A stretch of DNA of 64,000 nt, taken from IMG/VR virus record IMGVR_UViG_3300028840_003539; one strand, 5' to 3'. Source of the DNA: an uncultured virus (IMG/VR IMGVR_UViG_3300028840_003539) (lineage: Duplodnaviria; Heunggongvirae; Uroviricota; Caudoviricetes). The position numbers and the translations under genes were made by a program. Shown here piece by piece: positions 29,103 through 38,808 of this stretch; position 1 is the stretch's first letter, and each line of letters begins with the position of its first letter. The notes under the pieces are model-generated. The model ran no database searches. It saw only the letters and a program-made list of their open reading frames with translations, and was not told the DNA's origin.

Positions 29103-30938
29103 TCAGTCTCGGCTACGACTACTAATAGCATTGACTTCGGTCGCGTCAACGAATTCCTGCTCCATCGGATGCGGCATCGACGCTTCACCGTCGGTCATCT
29201 CTCGAATGCAGTTCTTCACCGTCGGTGGCGGCGGTGCGTACTTACGCGTGCGTCGCTCACCCGCACGCAACGGCGAGCCTTCGACCAACGTCTCTTTCAC
29301 TTTCTCCTTCGGCACGACGACGGTGTGTGGGCGCCCGACGTGTTCACCCCGCCCAGCCAACGGCATCCACCACTCGTAGACTACCTCGTCGGCCAAGATA
29401 GCCAAGGCCTCGATCCGTTCGCGCGTCGACAGGCCGCAGAGCTTGCACAACTCGCTGAAGCGCAAGCCGTAGGGTGCCGCGCGCAGCTCGTCGCGCACGC
29501 GGTCGATCTTGACCATCAGCGTGCCGTAGCGCGCCTTGCGTGCGAACCAGAGCATCGACGGCAGCAGGTACTCGTGCATCATCCGTAGCGCCGGCAGCAG
29601 GCTTTCCAGACCGATGGGTTCGCCCGGTTGCGCCTTGCCTCGCGACAAGTGATAGATGAGCGCGAGTCGCTTGACCTGCACGTGCAACCGTGTCCACATC
29701 GACGCGATGCCCTCGTACGGCGGGTCTTCCATCCCGCCTGCGCCGGTGACGGCCTGCCATCGGAGAAGCTCCAGGCGCGCCTCTGGCGTCAAGTCGTAGG
29801 CGTTGAAGTTGCCGTCGGTGTCGCGTTGACCATTCCACGGGCAAACACGCCGCAGGTTCGTTAGGTAGCCCTTGATGTAGACGCGCGTATTCGGGTCGGG
29901 CTTGTTCGCTTCGGGACGGGGCTTCGCAGGCTTCGCCAGCGGCACGACGAAGAAGCGGCCGAAGAGTCCTCCGCCGATCAGCTCCTCGACCGCGTTGGCC
30001 TTGATGCCGCCACGCAGCAGGTTGGCGAAGGTCGTCAGCGCTACCAGCGACAGGTGCATCGGCGGCGTCGCCAGCTCGCCGCGGGTGATGGTCGTCGTGC
30101 GTACCTCGTCCCCGTCGTAGATCCTGCACAGGAACTCAGCCAGCGAGCTGCTCCACTCGGAGCCGAAGAGCTTGAACAAGCTCGTTGCCTCGTCAAGACA
30201 CCAGAAGCGCCACGGGCGGTTGACCAGGATCTTCAGCAGCGACGCGTCGCTGCGCGGCAACGTGCTGTCGTAGCTGTCGTCTGGCAGGCAGCTGCGCAGC
30301 AGCTTCAGCGAGTAGCTCTTGCGCCCGCCGCTCTCGGCCAGCACCAGCACGAAGAAGCTCGGCACGACGCCATCGTCGCCCTGAGCCACGCGCTGGCCGC
30401 GCCCGAGCTGCGCGGCGATTGCTGCAGTAATTCCAGCCCAGTGCGCCGCTGGCGAGATGTCGGTCGCAAGCCCCGCCCACTTCAAGTACAGCGGAATTAA
30501 ACCGTCTTTCGGGTAGTAGGTCGATTTGAAGTTCAGCTTGTAGAGGTTGTCGACTTCCTGCACCTTCTCCCACTGGTTGGCCCATATCGCTTTTGGCCCC
30601 AGGTCGGGTGTGCCTCCATCTACGAGCTTGGGCTGCGGCACAGCCGCCTCGTCGATCGTTGGCAGCGGCGTACCTACGGGCGCCGCCGCCTCCGCTGCCG
30701 CCTTCTCCGCAGCAGCACGTTCAGCGTCTTCTTTCTCAGCCTGCAGCTGCGCCCTGGTCCGCCGTGTGCGTGGTTTGGCGTCCTTGACGCCCTTGGGCCG
30801 GCCTCGGGACGCGGGCTCGTCTGGGCCGCGCTGGGCGTGCTGAGCTTCGGCGAGCTGCTGGCGGAGATCGTCGTCGTCGTCGTCGTAGCCGGCAGCTTCG
30901 CCGGACGTTTCAGACTGCTGCTTAGTTGCTAGCTCCAC
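29103..30938 (-). CDS. DUF3987/YfjI-like replication ATPase (helicase-related)
   Basis: LAESGGRKS, CLDE, IYDG and GLFGRF; AT-hook-like GRPKG in the N-terminus. Confidence 0.75.
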   Translation of the reverse strand: MELATKQQSETSGEAAGYDDDDDDLRQQLAEAQHAQRGPDEPASRGRPKGVKDAKPRTRRTRAQLQAEKEDAERAAAEKAAAEAAAPVGTPLPTIDEAAVPQPKLVDGGTPDLGPKAIWANQWEKVQEVDNLYKLNFKSTYYPKDGLIPLYLKWAGLATDISPAAHWAGITAAIAAQLGRGQRVAQGDDGVVPSFFVLVLAESGGRKSYSLKLLRSCLPDDSYDSTLPRSDASLLKILVNRPWRFWCLDEATSLFKLFGSEWSSSLAEFLCRIYDGDEVRTTTITRGELATPPMHLSLVALTTFANLLRGGIKANAVEELIGGGLFGRFFVVPLAKPAKPRPEANKPDPNTRVYIKGYLTNLRRVCPWNGQRDTDGNFNAYDLTPEARLELLRWQAVTGAGGMEDPPYEGIASMWTRLHVQVKRLALIYHLSRGKAQPGEPIGLESLLPALRMMHEYLLPSMLWFARKARYGTLMVKIDRVRDELRAAPYGLRFSELCKLCGLSTRERIEALAILADEVVYEWWMPLAGRGEHVGRPHTVVVPKEKVKETLVEGSPLRAGERRTRKYAPPPPTVKNCIREMTDGEASMPHPMEQEFVDATEVNAISSRSRD

Positions 30939-30949
30939 GGTTGTCCTCC

Positions 30950-31146
30950 TTTTTAAACCGCACGAAATCCCTTATACGCGTAGTGTGTTATATTTATAAT
31001 TATATAATCTGTTTATAATGTATATATACATACATACATATACTTATTAGTATTAAAATACTACCCCTTTTCCCTTTCGTGTTGGCACTGTACCCCGAAT
31101 CAGCGGTTTTCGTCAATCCGCGAACCGCTAAAATGCTTTAAAAGTA
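30950..31146. other. AT-rich candidate replication origin
   Basis: About 90 bp of nearly pure A/T with TACA repeats in GC-rich DNA, directly upstream of the replication ATPase. Confidence 0.6.
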
Positions 31147-31259
31147 TGGTAGGCGATGTGCGGGGGTGCGCTGCCGCACAGTCAGCGCTTCCACCATCGT
31201 ATCAACCAGCGGCGCTCGCCGCACTCACTTGGCCAGCACCCGGTAGCGGCGACCGGGCA

Positions 31260-31528
31260 TCAGCCGTCGGTCTGACCGAGCTGTTCAGCTTCGTTTCGCG
31301 CGACCTGGACGTGCGATGGCACGTCGATGTCTGTCAGCACGCCACACGCGCAGCAGCGGAACGTCGTGTAGACCGTCGTCTCGTCCCGTGCGTGGCTCTC
31401 TGTATGGAACAGGTCGCCCTGCTCGACGAGCAGTAAGGCGCCGCAGCCGCCGTTTCCGTTGCCCTTGCCTGTGCACTTCGTCTCTGTCGCCCAACCCTTC
31501 TGCGGGCGGCCTTTCTTCAGAACACGCA

Positions 31529-31529
<1 letters not shown>
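31260..31529 (-). CDS. Zinc-finger protein
   Basis: CTGKGNGNGGCG...FRCCACG. Confidence 0.65.
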
Positions 31530-33511
<1,982 letters not shown>

Positions 33512-33565
33512 GGGATTGTCCTCCAAGCAGCAGGGGTTGAGCGGCGTTGCGCCGCCGGCTGCTGG

Positions 33566-33594
33566 ATTCTATGCTAACGGGAGTTAGCAGTCAA
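33566..33594 (-). promoter_or_regulatory. sigma70-like promoter with palindromic operator
   Basis: TTGACT-17 bp-TAGAAT; TGCTAAC-N4-GTTAGCA at 33572-33589. Confidence 0.8.
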
Positions 33595-33600
33595 AGGAAA

Positions 33601-34200
33601 GAAGCCCACACCTCACCGTACCACACCTCGCCTCGCCACACCTCGCCGCGAAGCCCACACCGAACCGCACCATACCGGACCTAGCCTCGCCTCACCGAAC
33701 CAGACCACGAAGAACCCTTTCCACACCACACCCGACCTGCACCCTGGCACACCACGAGTCCCGCACCGCGCCCTACCTAAGCGCGCCGACCACACCTGGC
33801 CCGACCGCACCGGACCCAGGCCAGCCGTGAAGCCCCCACCTCACCCCGCCCGTCCACACCACACCTGGCCAAACCTTGAAACCCCGACCATACCGGACCC
33901 CGCCCGACCCGACCCGACCGGCCAGACTGAACCTCGCCATGCCGTACCACGCCACGAAACCCTCGCCGCACCTCACTTCACCGCACCGCACCCTGCCACG
34001 CCACGAAACCCGCACCGCACCCTGCCACGCCCGGCCCCGCCTCACCAGACCCGACCTGTCCCGACCAGACCAGGAAGCCCGCACCACGCCACGCCCGGCC
34101 CAACCACACCTAACCTCGAAACCCACACCTTGCCTCGCCCCGCTTCGCCACACCACGCCCCGCCAAGCCCGACCAGACCAAGCCGTGCCCTGCCACGCCT
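33601..34200 (-). repeat. Punctuated GGY-NN pentamer array (putative guide-RNA array)
   Basis: About 100 GGY+NN pentamers on the minus strand. GGG(C/T)TTC-type delimiters start at plus positions 33601, 33650, 33709, 33756, 33829, 33878, 33956, 34005, 34074 and 34118. Confidence 0.9.
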
Positions 34201-34788
34201 CTACTTGTCGCCGCCCTCCTCGGACTCGTCGCGGCGTGCCTTGTCCCGCGCGGCGCGCAGTGCAGCCGCGCCGGTCGAACCTCGCTTGATCTCCTTCTCC
34301 GTCTGCTTCAGCACGTCGAGCTGCTGCGCCGTCCAGCGTACGCGGTGCTCCAGCTCGGCAGCACGCTCGGGCGGCAGCTCAGTAGCGTCGAAGTTGGTCG
34401 CGGTCGAGAGCGTGGTCTTCGCGTCCTTGGAAGCGCGCTGAACACGCTTCGCGTAGACCGCGCCGTCCACGGTTTCTGCGTCGTGGATCCTGAACGTGCC
34501 GGTGCGGAACGGGCGCGTCACCTCGTACCGCCTGTACTGGCGGAAGTGGCGGTAGATCTTGCTGTGCAAGAACTTGCTCGCCTCGTAGTAGTCCTTCGGG
34601 ACGGGCGTCTCGCCACCGTCGGCGATGGGCACCCTGAGCCGTGCCCACTCACACACCTGGCGGTCGGAGAACGCGTCGCCACGCTTCAGCTTGTCCAGGT
34701 GCGGGAACAGGCGTTGCCATGCGCTCTCCGTCTTCGAGAGTACCTTCGCCGACACTTCTGCCGGCGCAGTCGTCGGCTCGTCACTCAT
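34201..34788 (-). CDS. Accessory protein between the RAMP-like gene and the array
   Basis: 195 aa, basic, with a helical C-terminus; its stop codon abuts the array. Confidence 0.75.
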   Translation of the reverse strand: MSDEPTTAPAEVSAKVLSKTESAWQRLFPHLDKLKRGDAFSDRQVCEWARLRVPIADGGETPVPKDYYEASKFLHSKIYRHFRQYRRYEVTRPFRTGTFRIHDAETVDGAVYAKRVQRASKDAKTTLSTATNFDATELPPERAAELEHRVRWTAQQLDVLKQTEKEIKRGSTGAAALRAARDKARRDESEEGGDK

Positions 34789-34791
34789 GGC

Positions 34792-35475
34792 CTACTCCTT
34801 GACGCGCTTGACCGTCGCGTCGAACGTACCGAACGGGCCAGGGTTGCGCGCGCTCGGGCGGTAGTCGCAGAGCCCTTGGAAGCGCCCGGCGAAGTTGAAC
34901 AGCTCCTCGACCGTGGTCTTGTCGATGGTGCCGTCGGTGTTGTCCACGCGGATACGCCCGGTGATCGACCAGTTGTGGAAGTGCGGGCGGCAGCGGATGT
35001 GCTTGTTGGTGCCGACCGTGACGCGACGCATGTCGATGGTGAAGCCGAGCTTCCTGACCTCTTCGGCCTGCTTGTCAAACTTCTCCATGTCCGCGATGGG
35101 TAGGAGCGCCTCGTAGTTCACCTGCTTGTCGCCGTCGAACGTCAGCGGGTAGTTGATGAGATTGAACTGGACCAGCGCGGCAACGGCGCCCTTCAGCGTC
35201 TTGCGCGAGCCTGGCATCTTGAAGCTCTTGCCAGCCTCGACGAGCATCTTGATCAGACTGGTCTGCGGGATGCTGATCAAGCCCGTTTTGCTGTCGATGT
35301 AGAGGTACGTGACCCAGGTCCACGCCGGGTGTCGGTCGTCGCCCCTGTCCGTGTTCTTGTGTAGCGGGTCGCGGCGCCAGGCCTTCACGCGGTCAGCCCC
35401 TTCGATATCTTCGGAGTGCATCAAGATCGGCATGCGGCCTTGAAGCGTGAATTCGTAGTTTTCGAGTTTTGCCAT
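34792..35475 (-). CDS. Cas7/RAMP-like RNA-binding protein (227 aa)
   Basis: beta1 FTLQGRMPILMH, ISIPQTSLIKML (IPxxxxK helix), thumb region RRVTV...IRCRP and Gly-rich loop GRFQGLCDYRP....GPFGTF. AAGGAGG RBS before ATG 35475. Confidence 0.75.
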   Translation of the reverse strand: MAKLENYEFTLQGRMPILMHSEDIEGADRVKAWRRDPLHKNTDRGDDRHPAWTWVTYLYIDSKTGLISIPQTSLIKMLVEAGKSFKMPGSRKTLKGAVAALVQFNLINYPLTFDGDKQVNYEALLPIADMEKFDKQAEEVRKLGFTIDMRRVTVGTNKHIRCRPHFHNWSITGRIRVDNTDGTIDKTTVEELFNFAGRFQGLCDYRPSARNPGPFGTFDATVKRVKE

Positions 35476-35503
35476 TTGGTTGTCCTCCTTGTTCAGGGCG
35501 TCG

Positions 35504-35686
35504 TCAGTTGCAGCCGGTTTGCTGTGTGCGTTTTTTGAGCCGAGTCCACACCAGCTTCTGCGCCGCGCGGAATGCTGCGGTCTCAAACTGCATGAGCTGG
35601 TAGAGAGTCAGCTCGGGGTACTGCTTACGAATCTTGGCGCGGAAGGCGTCTTCTGCTTCCTTCCGCATTTTCTTGTGGTCGGCCAT
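35504..35686 (-). CDS. Small basic helical protein
   Basis: 60 aa with GGAGG RBS; same operon as the RAMP-like gene. Confidence 0.6.
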   Translation of the reverse strand: MADHKKMRKEAEDAFRAKIRKQYPELTLYQLMQFETAAFRAAQKLVWTRLKKRTQQTGCN

Positions 35687-35689
35687 TTA

Positions 35690-35983
35690 CTACGCCCTCC
35701 CGCCTGCGCGAGTCCACGCGGTTGGCTTCAGCGTCCAACCTACGCCTTTGTGGTAGAGAGCCCCTTCCGCTTGCGTTCCGGTCAGAAAGGTCACAATGCG
35801 GGCGCCTTCGACGACGAACCAGACTGAGGTTAGCCCGACCGAGACGTGGCGGAAGTCGCGCGTGCGCTGCTCGCCGTCGCGAGCGACGACGACTGCGCTG
35901 GGCGCGAGCGCGAGGAACTCATCAAAGTCTGTGTCGGGGTAGCGCTCGGCGAAACGCCGGCGCGCGTGTCCAGATGGGACCAT
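35690..35983 (-). CDS. Small protein with SxHAxxRxxER motif (BECR/DUF4258-like)
   Basis: SGHARRRFAER, then beta-strands ending VWFVVEGARIVTFLT; AAGGAGG RBS. Confidence 0.5.
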   Translation of the reverse strand: MVPSGHARRRFAERYPDTDFDEFLALAPSAVVVARDGEQRTRDFRHVSVGLTSVWFVVEGARIVTFLTGTQAEGALYHKGVGWTLKPTAWTRAGGRA

Positions 35984-36061
35984 AGGAACCTCCTTTTCGT
36001 TGTCAGTGCAGACGTTCGCCGGTGTCTGCGTCCGGTGCCCTGTTCGGGCGTCAGTGCGGAC

Positions 36062-36090
36062 ATTATGCTAACTGCGGTTAGCAGAGTCAA
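36062..36090 (-). promoter_or_regulatory. sigma70-like promoter of the RAMP/array operon, with palindromic operator
   Basis: TTGACT-17 bp-CATAAT; TGCTAAC-N4-GTTAGCA at 36066-36083. Confidence 0.8.
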
Positions 36091-36722
36091 GCGGTGAAAA
36101 AGTCTGCCGGCAGCCCCAGCACCATGGCGTAGCGCTTGTAGGCCCGCTCCATCTGCGTCGTCAGCTTGCCGAACAGCTCGTCGCGGGCCTTCTCGTACGC
36201 CTTCGACGCTGCAGTAGCGTCGGCGGCACGTGCGTCTGCCCTGCGCTGCTGCGCTGGTGTGAGCTTGGCGTAGGCGTCTTCGATTCTCTTCTTCTGGCTC
36301 TTCGTCATTTCGTCAGCTCCTTTTCTTGTTGCGGATCCAAGCGGCAGCCGCTTCAGCGAGCCTGCCGTGTAGCGTTGTCTGGTTTCGGCTGAAGTCTTTG
36401 AGCCCCGGTCCGTGGCCAGCGACGTACTTGTGCACGTACGTCGTGTAGGACTCGCCGTTTGCGTCGATCCTCTCTTTCTTTTCTGTCTCGGTTCGTGTTG
36501 CCCGGTGGGCGCGTTTCAGTCTTCGTGTGCCTCGGTTCATTGCCTTCTCCTTTTTGAAAGGGCGGGCGTAGCCGGATTAGCTAGGTCCCAAGCCCGCCGA
36601 CAGACCACTAGAAGCCCGTGCGCCGGGGAACGGTGGCCGAAGGCGCGACGGCCCGACGCACAGCCACAATGCATCCGGCCCTGACGCGTGGTAACATGAC
36701 CTCCGTCGCGCCCCACTATTCA

Positions 36723-37595
36723 TCAGTCCTCCTCTGCCAGCTCCGCCGCGACCTCTTCAAGCCGCTCGCGGCCAGCTTGCTCGATCGCCAGTGCTCCGTC
36801 CCACAACGTCTGGTCGCGGACCAGCAACACGTTGTCCTCGACGAGCTGGGCCAGCACCGCCGGTTCCAGCGCGTCTAGCTCCCAGCTCTCGTCGCCGTGC
36901 TCGGCGCGGTAGGCCTCGTAGCGCGCGTCAGTGGTCTTGGCCGGGTTGGGCGGCGGCTGGTACTCCTCGATCTGGTCCATGTTGAGTGCGACCCGCCAGA
37001 CGTACGTCGGCGCACCAAACATCTCCAGCCGCTCGCGGATGTCACGGGTCATGTCCAACCCGCTCGGGTCGTGGTCGCCGAAGTGCAGCACCTTGACACG
37101 CTTGCCGCTGCGGATGTGCCGCCGCGCCGCACGCCACATCGCGCTCTGGCTGACGTAGCCGCGGCAGGAGAACAGCGGGACTCGTAGCTCGTCGCAGATC
37201 CGGCGGAAGACGCCGGCGAGTGCCTCCTTCTCAACCCAGACCTCGACCAGCTTAGGCTGCTTGGCCCACAGGTCCTCGCGGTACTGGCTGACGCAGGCCT
37301 CGACGATGTCGCTCGGGCTGTCCCAGCTCGGCAGCTTGTGCAGGCTTCGCGTCCGGTCTTCGATCGCGATCCAGCTCACCAGGCCGGCGAGGCGGGCGTC
37401 GCTGATCAACGCGCCCAGCTTGCTGTAGCTTTGGACGGTGTTGGGTAGCAGGTCGCGCGCCACGAACTGGTAGTAGAGCTGACGCAACGTCAAGTCGTAG
37501 CCCTGCGCCTGGTACTCCTCGATGATCTCGTTGGCCTGCTCGATCAACGTCAGCGAGGCCTTCCTGAACTTCTTGTCGATGTAGGTGATCTTCAC
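36723..37595 (-). CDS. TopoVI-A/Spo11-like wHTH-TOPRIM protein
   Basis: TLRQLYYQ, EVWVEKEAL, HFGDHDPSG (DxD) and WELDAL. Confidence 0.8.
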   Translation of the reverse strand: MKITYIDKKFRKASLTLIEQANEIIEEYQAQGYDLTLRQLYYQFVARDLLPNTVQSYSKLGALISDARLAGLVSWIAIEDRTRSLHKLPSWDSPSDIVEACVSQYREDLWAKQPKLVEVWVEKEALAGVFRRICDELRVPLFSCRGYVSQSAMWRAARRHIRSGKRVKVLHFGDHDPSGLDMTRDIRERLEMFGAPTYVWRVALNMDQIEEYQPPPNPAKTTDARYEAYRAEHGDESWELDALEPAVLAQLVEDNVLLVRDQTLWDGALAIEQAGRERLEEVAAELAEED

Positions 37596-37605
37596 TTTCG
37601 ACGCT

Positions 37606-38023
37606 TCACTTTCTGCAGACCGCGCAGCCGTCGTACTCCTGCGCGCTCCGGCGTAGCTTGCGGCCCGACTCGAATTCTGTACGTAGCTCTGCAAGCTGCA
37701 GTGGCCACTTGTCGCGGCCAGGTGTGCGGAACGTGCCGCCGAGCTTCTGCTCCAGCTCGACGGCTTGGCCGTAGATGTCTGGGTGCTGCTCGTGCAGCCG
37801 CTTCCACTCAGCCAGGCGCTGACCATAGCACCAGGCACAGTCGGTGCGCTTCGGGACGGAGACGCCAACGCTGTAGGTCGCGCCAGTGACGCTCCATCGC
37901 TGGCAGTTCGTTTCCGGTCGGCGTGCACACGAAGGCGAACGCCCGGTCCGGGTAGACCTCCCGGAGCCGCAGCGCCATTGCCGTCGAGTCCTTGCCACCG
38001 GAGAGGCCGACGACGTGTTTCAC
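37606..38023 (-). pseudogene. PAPS-reductase-like gene with internal deletion and frameshift
   Basis: SGGKDS N-terminus (ORF 37808-38023) and PKRTDCAWC C-terminus (ORF 37606-37998) lie in different frames, about 140 codons in total. Confidence 0.7.
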
Positions 38024-38808
38024 ACCATCACCCCCGGAGGAATCCTCGCGGGGATCGACTCGACGTCGCAGTCGTCACCCATCAGCAGCCAGTCATCGAA
38101 GACGTCCGACCAGTTGGCGATCGGCGGGTCCATGTCGTGCTCGGGGTCGTCGAAGAAGTGCCCCTGGTCCGCGCTGCTCTCTGAAGGGCCGTCGAAGGTG
38201 GTGGGCCGGCCGGCCGCGAGCCAGCAGGCGGTGTGGTAGATGACTGGGTCGTTGGAGTAGTCGTCGCCCAAGATGTCGACGCCACTGACGCGTCCGTAGC
38301 CGTCGTAGAGCCCGAAGACCATCCCGCCACCGCACGGCAGGTCGCAGTCGTCGGGGTCGACGCCGGAGGAAAACACGACCACGTGCCTCATCCAGCGGTT
38401 TTTCTCGTTGGCGCTGTACTCCGACAGCGCGGGGTGACCACAGTGCTTGCAGTCCCAGCTGAAAAGCCCCATGTTGGCCTCCTGAAGCCCGCCGCGCTCG
38501 GCGAGCATCTTGCGCTGCTGGTGCAGCGGCGTGATCGGCGCCGGCGCGATGACCGGCCCCTGTACTCTTGGCAGCGGTGACGCGTGGCGCTGGCCCGACG
38601 GCCAGCCGCGCCGTCGCATCTCGTTGACTTGTTCTTCGTGCCGGGCTCGCAGCGCTGCGCGGTGGCCGATCCAGCGCAGCGTCTCGGGGTGGCGGCTGTA
38701 GCCGCGGTCAGTGCCCATCACCGCCCAGATGCAGTGCAGCTCGCGGTGCTCACCGTTGAGCTGCTTGTCGGCCAAGGCGGCGACGGGCAGGTCCCAGATG
38801 CGCATCAC
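38020..38808 (-). CDS. Pyrimidine-dimer-glycosylase-like domain fused in frame to a second phage protein
   Basis: MRIWD...L.GEHRELH...HPET.RW...EM.RRG; internal AGGAGG plus ATG at 38472 (MGLFSWDC). Confidence 0.65.
   Translation of the reverse strand: MMRIWDLPVAALADKQLNGEHRELHCIWAVMGTDRGYSRHPETLRWIGHRAALRARHEEQVNEMRRRGWPSGQRHASPLPRVQGPVIAPAPITPLHQQRKMLAERGGLQEANMGLFSWDCKHCGHPALSEYSANEKNRWMRHVVVFSSGVDPDDCDLPCGGGMVFGLYDGYGRVSGVDILGDDYSNDPVIYHTACWLAAGRPTTFDGPSESSADQGHFFDDPEHDMDPPIANWSDVFDDWLLMGDDCDVESIPARIPPGVMV

Noticed and set aside
27889..29379. Long plus-strand ORFs in the left arm and minus-strand ORFs in the right arm
   Set aside because: These are antisense shadows of real genes, typical of GC-rich DNA, and carry no recognisable motifs.
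33601..34200. Canonical CRISPR array or simple microsatellite
   Set aside because: There are no 23-50 nt identical repeats with unique spacers, and the NN positions are too diverse and too regularly punctuated for a simple satellite.
33613..34441. ORFs over the array (33613-33810, 33773-34156, 33777-33971, 33827-34441, 33876-34289)
   Set aside because: These low-complexity G/R/V/W or P/T/H translations arise from a 5-nt period with out-of-frame slips. I saw no convincing RBS, so they are treated as artefacts.
35984..36060. Hammerhead ribozyme in the operon leader (two CTGAC motifs)
   Set aside because: The CUGANGA...GAAA core and three-stem geometry are not satisfied.
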